The notes beneath the pieces were generated by a model. The model was not told the DNA's origin. It made no database searches and worked only from the letters and a program-made list of their open reading frames with translations. The translations under genes were made by a program, and so were the position numbers. DNA of 64,000 bases from Vicinamibacterales bacterium (GTDB lineage: Bacteria > Acidobacteriota > Vicinamibacteria > Vicinamibacterales > CAVVIG01): NCBI GenBank assembly GCA_050249955.1, contig JBFWPN010000009.1:126529-190528 (forward strand). The letters run 5' to 3'. Below, one piece after another: positions 47,715-57,095 of this stretch. The stretch's first letter is position 1, and each line of letters opens with the position of its first letter.

Positions 47715-49004
47715 TCAGCGGGTGAGCACGTTGCCGCCGAGCCGTTTCACGGCGAGGCTGCCGGCCAGGGCCACGAGCGCGCTGCCCACCATCAGCCACG
47801 CGGGCGAGGCCGGGTCGCCCGTGCTCCTGATGAGGGTGGTGGCGAGGAGCGGGCTCAGGCCGCTGAACAGCGTGAACGCCACGTTGAAGACCAGCGCCAC
47901 GCCCGTGAAGCGGATGCGGGTGGGGAAGAGATCGGTCAGCAGCACGGCAAACGATCCGTTGGTGAGCCCCGAGCAGACACCGGCCAGGACCAGGGCCTGC
48001 GTCAGTCCCATGCCGCGCGACTCGAGCGCCCGGTAGAAGGGGAATGCCCCGGCCAGCAGCAGCAGCACACCCGCGCGCAGCAGGTATCGCGGCGGCACCC
48101 GTGCGGCCAGCCAGCCGACCGCGAGAATCGTGGCGGCAGCCGCCATCACGCCGGTGGTCTGCGACAGCACGGCCTGCCGGGCGTCGTACCCGAGCACGGC
48201 CGACAGGTACGCCGGCAGGTGCGAGAAGAACAGCCCGTTGAAGCAGGCGGTGCCCGCGAGCGTGGCAATGCCGGCCGCCACGTGGGCTGGACGGCTCGTC
48301 AGCACCTCGGCGAACGGTCGTCGCACGGCCAGCGCCTTCATCCGCGCGAACTCCGGCGACTCCTCGAGCGAACGGCGCAGCACGAAGCTGAGCACGCCGC
48401 CGAGTCCGCCGATGACGAACGCCACGCGCCAGCCGTAGGTCGGCACGAGCGCCGGGTTCATCAGCGAGCGGACCGCCACACTGACACCGGTGGCCACCGC
48501 CACGCCCATGGTCACGCACGCGAACACCAGCCCGCAGACGAACGGGGCGGCTCCCCTGGCGGTCTCCACCACGTAGGTCAGGGCTCCGGGCAGTTCCCCG
48601 CCCAGGCAGAGCCCCTGCACCACGCGGAGCACCACCATGAGCAGGCTCGCGGTGAGGCCGATGGACGCGAACGATGGAACCAGCCCCATGCCAAGCGTGG
48701 CGCCGGACATGATGAACACCGACCACAGGAACACCGCCCGTCGGCCGTACCGGTCGCCGAAGTGGCTGAGCACGATGCCGCCAACCGGTCGCGCGAGGTA
48801 TCCGGCGGCAAACGCTGCGAACGAGGCCATCAGCGACGCGAGCGGCGACACCGATGGGAACACCGCGTCGGCAATGTCCCTGGCGAAGATCCCGAACACG
48901 ACGAAGTCGTAGAACTCGAGGGTGCCGCCCAGGCTCGCCAGCAGGACGATGCGCCAGCCTGCGCGGTCGATGGTGGTGGGCGGTGCGGCCGTCGCGAGCG
49001 GCAT
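47715..49004 (-). CDS. MFS transporter (MHS/ProP-like)
   Basis: LEFYDF, ARPVGG...GDRYGRR, QGLCLGGE, GWRVAF, ESPEF, FPTRIRFTG. Confidence 0.9.
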   Translation of the reverse strand: MPLATAAPPTTIDRAGWRIVLLASLGGTLEFYDFVVFGIFARDIADAVFPSVSPLASLMASFAAFAAGYLARPVGGIVLSHFGDRYGRRAVFLWSVFIMSGATLGMGLVPSFASIGLTASLLMVVLRVVQGLCLGGELPGALTYVVETARGAAPFVCGLVFACVTMGVAVATGVSVAVRSLMNPALVPTYGWRVAFVIGGLGGVLSFVLRRSLEESPEFARMKALAVRRPFAEVLTSRPAHVAAGIATLAGTACFNGLFFSHLPAYLSAVLGYDARQAVLSQTTGVMAAAATILAVGWLAARVPPRYLLRAGVLLLLAGAFPFYRALESRGMGLTQALVLAGVCSGLTNGSFAVLLTDLFPTRIRFTGVALVFNVAFTLFSGLSPLLATTLIRSTGDPASPAWLMVGSALVALAGSLAVKRLGGNVLTR

Positions 49005-49912
49005 CAGAGTACGCCGGCCTGCGTCATCACCGCCTCGGCCCTGGTGCGGATCTCAGTGGCCACCGCGGCGGGATCGCCCGCCGAGAAGCGGGGGAGGAAC
49101 AGTTCCACCGAGAGCGGACCCGAGTAGTCGACGGCGGCCAGCTTGCGGAGGATGGCCACGACCGGCGCCACGCCGTCGCCCGGGATGGCCCGCGTTGTCG
49201 AGTCGAGCAGCTCGCGCGGCATGTCGGGCACGTCCTGGAAGTGGACGTGCCTGATCTCGCCCGGCTTCACCGCGTCGAGGTCCTCGAGTTTCCCGAGGCC
49301 GGACCAGAAGTGATAGAAGTCGAACAGGAGGCCGGCATTCGGCTGCGCCGCCTCGCGCGTGATCGCCAGCATCGTGGTGATGGTCGAGATGAAGGTGGAG
49401 TTGCGCACCGCCTCGAACATCAGCGTGAGCCGGTGTTGCCCGGCGATGGTGGCCAGTTCGCGGACGTAACCCGGTGCGGCCTTGTAGTCGTCTGGTGTGG
49501 GGGGCCGTGTGGACTGCGTCGTCGTGTAGATCTTCGGGATGCCGAGTTCCGCCCACTGTTCGCAGCGCTTCCGGAACGTGTCCACTGCCGCGGGCCGCCC
49601 GGTGCCCGACTCGAGCAGGCCGATCACGCCGCAGGCACCCGAGACCGGCGTGAGGTTCAGGTCGGCCAGCAGACGCTTCGCGGTCGCCAGCGTCTCGGTG
49701 GCGAGGAACGGCTCGAGCAGCGACTGGGTGATCTCCACCTCGCGGATGCCCGCCTTCGCCCACCCCTCGAGTGACGCACGGAATCCCGCGCGTGACGAGG
49801 TGTTCTGGTGCAGCGCGAGGGTCATGCGGCCCGCCGCGCCGGCCGTCGCCGGGCGGAGGGCGAGGAGCGCCGCCGCCGGAGGGGTGAGGAGCAGGTCTCG
49901 TCGGGACAGCAT
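49004..49912 (-). CDS. Sugar-phosphate isomerase/epimerase (TIM barrel) with a Tat-like signal
   Basis: MLSRRDLLL; LMFE, FDFYHF, HVHFQD, R.IPGDG, SVELF. Confidence 0.82.
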   Translation of the reverse strand: MLSRRDLLLTPPAAALLALRPATAGAAGRMTLALHQNTSSRAGFRASLEGWAKAGIREVEITQSLLEPFLATETLATAKRLLADLNLTPVSGACGVIGLLESGTGRPAAVDTFRKRCEQWAELGIPKIYTTTQSTRPPTPDDYKAAPGYVRELATIAGQHRLTLMFEAVRNSTFISTITTMLAITREAAQPNAGLLFDFYHFWSGLGKLEDLDAVKPGEIRHVHFQDVPDMPRELLDSTTRAIPGDGVAPVVAILRKLAAVDYSGPLSVELFLPRFSAGDPAAVATEIRTRAEAVMTQAGVL

Positions 49913-49990
49913 AGGGGGGCAATGGTAACCGAGGCGTTTCTCCCTTTGAACTTTTCAGGGGAGCCGGTATCGTGTCGTCCCGGAGGACCG

Positions 49991-50794
49991 ATGAAGAGAC
50001 TGTTCCTGAGCCTGGCCCTGCTGCTGACTGTCGCCGTCCCGGCCCGCGCGCAGCTGTCGCCGATGAACGCCGCCGGCATCACCTATGGTCACGTCCACCT
50101 GAACGTCGCCGACGTCGAGGTGCACAGGAAGCTCTGGGTCGAGATGTTCGGCGGGACCTACGTGCAGAAGGGCCCGCTGATGACGGTGAAGTTCCCGAAC
50201 ATGCTGGTGGCGCTGACGCAGCGCGCCCCGACCGGCCCCTCGCAGGGATCGGTGATGGACCACTTCGGGTTCAAGGTCCGCAGCATGCCGGAGATGCTCG
50301 CCGCGGTCCGCGCCGCCGGCTACACGGTGCAGCAGGAGTTCACCGGCGCCGAGGGGTTCCCGAACGCGTACTTCCTGGGGCCGGACGGCCTGCGCGTGGA
50401 GATGCAGGAGGACAAGACCCTCACGGCGAAGGCCATTCCGAACCACATCCACTTCTGGCACCAGGACTTCGAGAAGCTGCTCGACTGGTATGTCGATATC
50501 TTCTCGCTGACGAAGCGCAACCGCGGGTCGATCAAGAGCACGGCCGACGCGGGCACCGTGAACCTCTCGTTCCAGACCAGCCGTGAACCGGTGGCGGCGA
50601 CCAAGGGCCGCGTCATCGATCACATCGGCTTCGAGATCAAGGACCTGGCCGGGTTCGTCAAGCAGCTCGAAGGGAAGGGCATCAAGTTCGACGTGGCGTA
50701 CCGCGAAGTGCCGGCCATCGGGTTGAAGATCGCCTACATCACCGACCCGACCGGCGTGTACATCGAACTGACCGAAGGCTACGTCAACTACTGA
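49991..50794 (+). CDS. Secreted VOC/glyoxalase-family protein (two VOC domains)
   Basis: Signal peptide; GHVHL, DHFGF.V, GPDGLRVE; NHIH, DHIGFE, DPTGVYIEL. Confidence 0.82.
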   Translation: MKRLFLSLALLLTVAVPARAQLSPMNAAGITYGHVHLNVADVEVHRKLWVEMFGGTYVQKGPLMTVKFPNMLVALTQRAPTGPSQGSVMDHFGFKVRSMPEMLAAVRAAGYTVQQEFTGAEGFPNAYFLGPDGLRVEMQEDKTLTAKAIPNHIHFWHQDFEKLLDWYVDIFSLTKRNRGSIKSTADAGTVNLSFQTSREPVAATKGRVIDHIGFEIKDLAGFVKQLEGKGIKFDVAYREVPAIGLKIAYITDPTGVYIELTEGYVNY

Positions 50795-50800
50795 CCGCAC

Positions 50801-51622
50801 TCAGGGAGCCGTCAGGCAGCGCTCGTAGGGCGTGCCCTGCAGCGCTGCCGCGAGCTCGTCCAGGTTCTCCACCATGTCGGAGAGCTGGTCCGACGACAGC
50901 CGCACGTAATGCGTGCGTACCGGGGCAGGTGGCAGCCCGAGGTAGCCGAACACGCGCGCCATCGCCCCGTCCCGCACGTCCCCGCCGGGCAGCAGGTCCT
51001 CCTCGTAGCGCAGGTGCAGGTGCGGGATGCCGGCGAGCGCCTGACGCTCGATGGCGGTCTCCTCCTCCGCGCCTTCGAGCCTGCGCCGCAACTGCGGGAT
51101 GTCCACCAGCAGGCGCCGGCGGGCCTCCTGCCGATCCTGAACCGTCCGGTGCACCACGCCGGTCTCCCGCAATCGCAGCGACGAGAGCGCCAGCCGCAGC
51201 AGGTTGAGGCGCTCGAGGTGCACCACCCGCCAGCCGTCGTCCACCAGTCGGGCGAGGAGGGCATGCGGGTCGCGCACGCCCTGCGTCTCATAGTGCCGGG
51301 GCCGCACCTTGAAGCCGTACGCGACGCCGGCGTAGAGGCGCGCCCGGGTCCGGATCAGGCGCTCCGCCGTGGTCACGTAGAGCGTGTGCGAGAGCAGCTC
51401 TCCGTCGCAGTGCACCGCCGGGTGTCCCCGCATCAGGTCGACGAGCATCGTGCTGCCCGAGCGTCCGAGCGAGTGGACGATGAAGCGCGACTGCGATGCG
51501 TCCCCGGGCTGCGCCCACAGCCCCTTGGCCAGCGTCGTGGCGGCGAGCGCCTGCTGCCGGAGCACGAGCGTCCAGTGGGGTTTGCGCCGCACCACACGGC
51601 GGTTCCAGACCATTTCCCTCAT
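50801..51622 (-). CDS. Sulfotransferase (Stf0-like)
   Basis: PAPS-binding GRSGST, GFK, HLER.N.L...LS, LRYEED, VFGYLG. Confidence 0.78.
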   Translation of the reverse strand: MREMVWNRRVVRRKPHWTLVLRQQALAATTLAKGLWAQPGDASQSRFIVHSLGRSGSTMLVDLMRGHPAVHCDGELLSHTLYVTTAERLIRTRARLYAGVAYGFKVRPRHYETQGVRDPHALLARLVDDGWRVVHLERLNLLRLALSSLRLRETGVVHRTVQDRQEARRRLLVDIPQLRRRLEGAEEETAIERQALAGIPHLHLRYEEDLLPGGDVRDGAMARVFGYLGLPPAPVRTHYVRLSSDQLSDMVENLDELAAALQGTPYERCLTAP

Positions 51623-52698
51623 CCCGCCTCCGCGGCGTCGTCGTCGATGTCGTGTGCCTGCACCGCCTCCGGCGCCTCGCGCGGGTCGATGGCGTCCCCC
51701 GTCAGCAGGCGATCTGCCAGGAACGCGTGCGCCGCCGCATCGGCCCGGGCCAGCAGCGCCTCGAGCGGGGAGCGAGGCGTCCAGGTTTCGCGGTGCTGCA
51801 TGGTCGGGAACGAGCCGTCGGCCCGCGGCGGTGCGTAGCGGCACCAGAAGCCGAGGTGCCAGACCAGGAACTCGCGAATCCGTGAGCGACCGTGGTCGTC
51901 GTCGCCCCAGTGCTCACGGGCGAGGTCGACGTAGCGGCGATAGACGCGCAGGCGCGCGTCGGCATCCAGGTCGAGGTTGCCGTCGGTGACTTCGCGGAAC
52001 AGCCACGGCTTGATCAGCGTGCCCCGCGCGGCCATCAGGGCCGTGCAGCCCGACTGCGCGAAGCGGGCCGCCACCTCGTGCCCGAAGAGGATGTCACCAT
52101 TGCCGATGACCGGCACCGGCATGGCTGCGGCCACCTCGGCGATCGCGTCCCAGTTCGCCGACGTCTTGTAGCGGGCTGCGCGCGTGCGTCCGTGCACTGT
52201 GATGGCATCGGCGCCCGCCTCCACCGCGGCGCGCGCCACCTCCAGGTAGTTGCGGTGATCGTCGTTCCACCCGAGGCGGATCTTCACCGTGACCGGGACC
52301 GATACGGCCTTCTTCATTGCCTCCACGATCCGCCGCACGCGCCGCGGTTCCCGGGCCAGCGCGGCACCGAGCCCCTTGCTCGTGAAGTAGTCGATGGGGC
52401 AGCCCAGGTTCACGTCGACCAGGTCTGCTCCACGGGAGGCGGCGAGTTCCGCCGCCCAGGCCATCTCGTCCGGGTTGTTGCCCGCGAGCTGGACCCCGAA
52501 GAACCGCTCGTCCGGCGCACGGCGCATCAGCGCGAACTCGCTGCGGCGCTTCTGCCGGAGGCGTCGGGCCACCGTCATCTCGCTCATCGTCACCCGCGCG
52601 CCGAACTCCTGGCAGAGCCGGCGGTACGGCAGGTTCGAGCCCTTGGTCATCGGCGCCAGCACGAGGGCGCCCTGTAATGTGTCACGGAGTGCAGTCAT
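51619..52698 (-). CDS. tRNA-dihydrouridine synthase family protein
   Basis: LAPM, VQLAG, DVNLGCP, VKIRLG, TVHGRT, IGNGDI. Confidence 0.9.
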   Translation of the reverse strand: MTALRDTLQGALVLAPMTKGSNLPYRRLCQEFGARVTMSEMTVARRLRQKRRSEFALMRRAPDERFFGVQLAGNNPDEMAWAAELAASRGADLVDVNLGCPIDYFTSKGLGAALAREPRRVRRIVEAMKKAVSVPVTVKIRLGWNDDHRNYLEVARAAVEAGADAITVHGRTRAARYKTSANWDAIAEVAAAMPVPVIGNGDILFGHEVAARFAQSGCTALMAARGTLIKPWLFREVTDGNLDLDADARLRVYRRYVDLAREHWGDDDHGRSRIREFLVWHLGFWCRYAPPRADGSFPTMQHRETWTPRSPLEALLARADAAAHAFLADRLLTGDAIDPREAPEAVQAHDIDDDAAEAG

Positions 52699-52737
52699 GG
52701 TTGGGGGCTGCGTTGCGGCGGGCCCGTCGAGGATTGT

Positions 52738-53673
52738 ATGCTGGCGCCTCACACCTCTGCTGTCATGCCGATGCTGACCGGGCGCACTGCGCCCTCCTCC
52801 GGGGAGTCGTCCCTCGACGCACGCCTGTGCGGCGACCTCGGCGCGGAGCTCGCGCGCGTGCGCGAGTCGCGCGGGTTGAGCGTGGCGATGGTCGGGCAGG
52901 AACTGCTGCTGTCCACGCGCCAGGTGAAGGCGCTCGAGAGCGTCGACTTCGGCGCGTTCCACAACGCGACGTTCTACCTCGGTGCCCTGCGGAAGTACGC
53001 CGCCTTTGCCGGGGTCGATCCCGCGCGGGTCTCGGCCATTGCCGCCGGCCTGGTCAAGCCGGACCTGCAGGCGATCATGCTCGTCCCGTCCGAGTCGAGT
53101 GACGAGGCGAACGAACCGTCCTCGAGCCAGGTGCTCTCGATCGTCGGCACGCTGCTGGCGGTGGCCGTGCTCGCCGGTGGCGCATTCTACCTGGCCAGTG
53201 CGCGCCAGACCGGTACCGCCGCGTCGGTGCCCGCGGCCAGCCAGCCCGTTCCCGCAGCGGCCCCGACGCCCGCCGCGCTACCCGCTCCAGCCCCGGCCGT
53301 GGTGAGTGAACCCACGGTCGTGCCGGCCGTCGAGACCCCGGCCGCGGCACTGCCTGCGGCAACGTCGACCGTGCCGCCGGACACCGGCTCGTTCGGCAGC
53401 CTGCGCGTCCTCCACCCGACCTGGATCTTCGTCAGGGATGCGGAGAACGCCGTGACCGAACGGTCCCTGGCCGTCGGTGACACCTTCACGTTCGACAGCC
53501 AGCCGACCTACCTCGCGGTGGGCACGGCCGATGCCGAGCTGACGATCGGCACCCGCAAGGTGGACATCACGAAGTTCGTCGCCAATGGCCAGGTGCGCAT
53601 CAGGGCCGGCGACTTCGACGCCCTCGTCCACGACCTGACCCCCATCCAGGCGCCCACGCCGGCCCGGCCATAA
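52738..53673 (+). CDS. RodZ-like protein (HTH, TM helix, Pro/Ala linker, DUF4115-like domain)
   Basis: LARVRESRGLS...LLS..QVKALE...FYLGALRKYA..GVD; single TM helix. Confidence 0.75.
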   Translation: MLAPHTSAVMPMLTGRTAPSSGESSLDARLCGDLGAELARVRESRGLSVAMVGQELLLSTRQVKALESVDFGAFHNATFYLGALRKYAAFAGVDPARVSAIAAGLVKPDLQAIMLVPSESSDEANEPSSSQVLSIVGTLLAVAVLAGGAFYLASARQTGTAASVPAASQPVPAAAPTPAALPAPAPAVVSEPTVVPAVETPAAALPAATSTVPPDTGSFGSLRVLHPTWIFVRDAENAVTERSLAVGDTFTFDSQPTYLAVGTADAELTIGTRKVDITKFVANGQVRIRAGDFDALVHDLTPIQAPTPARP

Positions 53674-53744
53674 CCACTCCCCGCCACGCGGTTCGCACGT
53701 GTGCCGGTAGAATGGTGCGCAGTTCATAACAGGAGAGCCTTCCG

Positions 53745-54191
53745 GTGACATCTGAACAGCGTCGTCGTACCGTCCGACTGGTTCCGACCCTCGTGCTCGT
53801 GGCGCTCGGCGTGGCCTGTGCGCACGGAGCGTCGAACCGGGTCGACCCTTCGCTCCGTGGGGCCGGCGCCATCGACCGCCAGATTCAGGGCTCGGGTGCG
53901 GCCGCGCCACGCCTGGACCACCTCATTCCGGCCCGCGACTCGCAGGGCAGCCATCCCACCCGCTTTGAGTGGACGTCGGTGCCGGGCGCGGACAGCTACA
54001 GCATCGGCATCTTCAACGAAGTGGACATGCTCGTGTGGCGTCACGACCAGATCCAGGCGACCTCGTTCTCACCCACTGACCTGAAGCTGGAGCCGGGCAC
54101 CTACTTCTGGACGATCTCCGCGCTCAGGGAGGGCGACGAGATTGCCGCCTCCGGGCTGTCGGCGTTCGTCATCCGTCCGCCCAACCCCTGA
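53745..54191 (+). CDS. Hypothetical lipoprotein with an Fn3-like beta-sandwich
   Basis: Lipobox GVAC; FEWTSVPGADSY...LEPGTYFWTISA; AGGAG SD. Confidence 0.6.
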   Translation: MTSEQRRRTVRLVPTLVLVALGVACAHGASNRVDPSLRGAGAIDRQIQGSGAAAPRLDHLIPARDSQGSHPTRFEWTSVPGADSYSIGIFNEVDMLVWRHDQIQATSFSPTDLKLEPGTYFWTISALREGDEIAASGLSAFVIRPPNP

Positions 54192-54280
54192 TCGGGCACG
54201 AGGACGCGACGCTGGACGCTCAGCCGAGCCAGGCAGCAGGAGTGCGATGCCCGAGCGAGTGACGGTCGCGTGGAGACGAC

Positions 54281-55378
54281 GTGCCTGACGCCCTCCGCTC
54301 GGCAGTGCTCGACATCGCCGCCGACTGGCGCGGGTTCGACCCGTCCAGCCTGCAGTTCTGGCACGCCGACGATACGCGCCTGCTGGTGATGGCGCTGGCC
54401 GTCGGCTCAGGCCTGCTGCTGGCGGCGAGGCTTGCGACCGGACGGCCCGGTCGGGGCCTGGCGGTGCCGGCGGTGCTCCGCTCAACCCCTCGCGTCGCGC
54501 TGGCCAACCTGACCCGCCTGCCGCTCCTGCTCGCGCTGGCGGGCCTGCCCTTCCTCGCGCTCGCCCTGGCCGACCCCTATACCTCGCTCGTACGCCGCGA
54601 GGCCACCTATCCCGGTCGTCGCATCTGCCTGATGATCGATGCGTCGAACAGCATGAGCAGCCCGTTCAAGACCGAGCAGCTGCCCGCGCGCGACGGAGTC
54701 CAGCCGAATGCGTTCGTCACCACGGTGGCGGCCGCCGAACGCTTCGTCCACATGCGGATGAGCGGGCCGTATCGGGACCTCCTGGCGCTGGTCGAGTTCG
54801 GTGCCGATGCCTACGTGGTCACGCCCTTCACGAACGACTACGACAACCTGCTCGTGAGCCTCTCGCTCATCGGCGAACCGCACGAGTTCGCGACCTTTCC
54901 CGACCAGCGGACGCTGATTGCCAAGGGCATCGACGAGGCGGTGGCGCTCTTCAAGGCCTTCAAGTTCCTCGACGCGTCGGGCAACCTGCTGCTGATCTTC
55001 TCCGACGGCGAGGATACCAACGCGACGATCGATGGCCGATCGCTCGACGACATCATCCGGGGTGCGGTCGATGCGGGCGTGCCGGTTTACTTCATCCGGA
55101 CGAACTACAACAAGGCCGAGGGCGATCCGGCCGTTCCCGACAAGCTCTGGAGCGAGGCGGTGCGCAGGACCGGCGGGCAGTTCTTCGCGGCCAGCGACGA
55201 GCGCTCGCTGCTGGCCGCGATCAACGAGATCGACCAGGTGGCGGCCGGCTCCATCCAGCTGACCGAATACGGCACGCAGCGGCCCCGGTTCCCGATGTTT
55301 GCCGGGGTGGCGCTGCTCTGCTTCACGGGCGCGGCACTCGGCAAGCTGACGGTTCCCTACTTTCAGCGCTTCCCGTAG
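54281..55378 (+). CDS. Membrane-anchored vWA-domain protein (BatA/MxaC-like)
   Basis: N-terminal TM helices, LALADP, MIDAS motif IDASNSMS, FSDGED, C-terminal TM helix. Confidence 0.8.
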   Translation: MPDALRSAVLDIAADWRGFDPSSLQFWHADDTRLLVMALAVGSGLLLAARLATGRPGRGLAVPAVLRSTPRVALANLTRLPLLLALAGLPFLALALADPYTSLVRREATYPGRRICLMIDASNSMSSPFKTEQLPARDGVQPNAFVTTVAAAERFVHMRMSGPYRDLLALVEFGADAYVVTPFTNDYDNLLVSLSLIGEPHEFATFPDQRTLIAKGIDEAVALFKAFKFLDASGNLLLIFSDGEDTNATIDGRSLDDIIRGAVDAGVPVYFIRTNYNKAEGDPAVPDKLWSEAVRRTGGQFFAASDERSLLAAINEIDQVAAGSIQLTEYGTQRPRFPMFAGVALLCFTGAALGKLTVPYFQRFP

Positions 55379-55428
55379 CCGCGCGGCGACCGCAGGCTGG
55401 GACGGGCAGAATTCGACGAGGAGCGTGC

Positions 55429-56400
55429 ATGACTCGACGACGACTGTGCCTGTGTCTCGGCTTCTGGCTCGGTGCCGGCGTGATCATGCGCATGCCGACG
55501 GCGCAGGAGCGATCGGTCGGGGCGCGACCGGATTTCGAGGGCGTGTGGAACTCGGCCACCGCCACACCGCTCGAACGGCCGGCCTCGCTGCGGGACAGGC
55601 CGTTCTTCACGCGAGCGGAGGCCGACGCCTGGGAGCGCCGGGTTGCGGACGCCAACGCCGAGCCTGAGCCCGAGTCACCGGCGGCCCGCCGCGGCACCGG
55701 CACCTACAACACCTTCTTCCGCGAGTTCGGGTCGAGCGTTGTCCGGACGCTCCGCACGTCCATCGTCGTCGACCCGCCCGACGGACGGATCCCGCCGCTG
55801 ACGCCGCAGGCGGCCGAGGTGAAGCGACGACGGGTGGAGGCGATGCGGCTCGTGGCGGATCCGGAGGGGACCGGGCTGCAGGATCGCTGCCTCGCCTTCG
55901 CAACCGCCGGGCCGCCGCTGCTGCCGTACTCCTACAACAGCAACTACCAGATCGTGCAGACGGCGGAGGCGATCGTCGTGCACGCGGAGATGATCCACGA
56001 CGCGCGCGTGGTTCACATGGATGGCCGGCCGCACGCACCCGCCGCGATGCGGCGGTGGCTGGGCGACTCGATCGGCAGGTGGGAGGGACAGACGCTCGTG
56101 GTCGACACCACGAACTTCAACGATGCCGGCGGGTTCTACGGCGAGGCCGGCGGCAACTTCGGCTGGGACCGCAACCTGCACATGATCGAGCGCTTCCGGC
56201 TGTTGGACGCCGATACGCTGCTCTACCAGTTCGAGATCGACAATCCCACCGCCTTCACGCGGCGCTGGGCGGGAGAGCTGACCATGAGCCGCTCGTCCGG
56301 CCCGATCTTCGAGTATGCGTGCCACGAGGGGAACTACGCGCTGGCCAACATGCTGCGCGGCTACCGGGCAGACGAACGGCGGGGGACCGGCGTCCGCTGA
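55429..56400 (+). CDS. Conserved hypothetical secreted protein
   Basis: PDFEGVW, DPPDGRIPPLT, WLGDSIGRWEG.TLVVDTTNF, ERF, FEYACHEGN. Confidence 0.7.
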   Translation: MTRRRLCLCLGFWLGAGVIMRMPTAQERSVGARPDFEGVWNSATATPLERPASLRDRPFFTRAEADAWERRVADANAEPEPESPAARRGTGTYNTFFREFGSSVVRTLRTSIVVDPPDGRIPPLTPQAAEVKRRRVEAMRLVADPEGTGLQDRCLAFATAGPPLLPYSYNSNYQIVQTAEAIVVHAEMIHDARVVHMDGRPHAPAAMRRWLGDSIGRWEGQTLVVDTTNFNDAGGFYGEAGGNFGWDRNLHMIERFRLLDADTLLYQFEIDNPTAFTRRWAGELTMSRSSGPIFEYACHEGNYALANMLRGYRADERRGTGVR

Positions 56401-56418
56401 TGTGCGCCACAATAGGGC

Positions 56419-57063
56419 ATGACCGAGTGGCTGGCCGGGCTCCGGCGCGAGCATACGACGGGCGTGCTGTCCGACGAGGACGCGCATCCCGATCCCTTCG
56501 AACAGTTCCGGATGTGGCTGGGTGAGGCCCACGCCGCAGGCATCATGCAGCCCAACGCGATGACGCTGAGCACCGTGGACGAGCACGGCCGTCCCGACGC
56601 GCGTGTCGTGCTGCTGAAGGGGCTCGACGACCGGGGACTCGTGTTCTACACGCACCGCACCAGCCGCAAGGGGCGGCAGTTGCACGCGAACCCCCATGCT
56701 GCGCTCACCTTCTTCTGGGACGTGCTCGAGCGGCAGATCCGGGTGCAGGGAAGCGTCGAATGGACGACCGACGCCGAGTCGGACGAGTACTTCCAGAGCC
56801 GGCCGCGCGGCAGCCAGCTCGGCGCCCTGGTGTCGAACCAGAGCGCTGTCATCCCTGACCGCACGCTGCTCGAAACCGCGCTGGCCGAACTCTCCGCGCA
56901 ATCGGGCGACGGCCCCCTGGAACGCCCGCGCACCTGGGGCGGCTACCGCGTCATTCCAGCCGAGTTCGAATTCTGGCAGGGGCGGCCGAGCCGGTTGCAC
57001 GACCGTATCCGCTACCGCCAGGACGCGCACGGCGCCTGGTGCCGTGAGCGGCTCGCACCCTAG
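56419..57063 (+). CDS. pdxH: Pyridoxamine 5'-phosphate oxidase
   Basis: PNAMTLST, RVVLLK, FYT...SRKG, RQIRVQG, YFQSRPR.SQ.GA, EFWQGR..RLHDR, RLAP. Confidence 0.95.
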   Translation: MTEWLAGLRREHTTGVLSDEDAHPDPFEQFRMWLGEAHAAGIMQPNAMTLSTVDEHGRPDARVVLLKGLDDRGLVFYTHRTSRKGRQLHANPHAALTFFWDVLERQIRVQGSVEWTTDAESDEYFQSRPRGSQLGALVSNQSAVIPDRTLLETALAELSAQSGDGPLERPRTWGGYRVIPAEFEFWQGRPSRLHDRIRYRQDAHGAWCRERLAP

Positions 57064-57095
57064 GCGAACACGCTTATAATCCGCCCCACCTCGAG

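Noticed and set aside
54281..55378. vWA protein as part of a MoxR-vWA-STAND ternary conflict system together with 18522-27116
   Set aside because: It is 27 kb away, membrane-anchored and BatA/MxaC-like, and no MoxR gene is present in the window.
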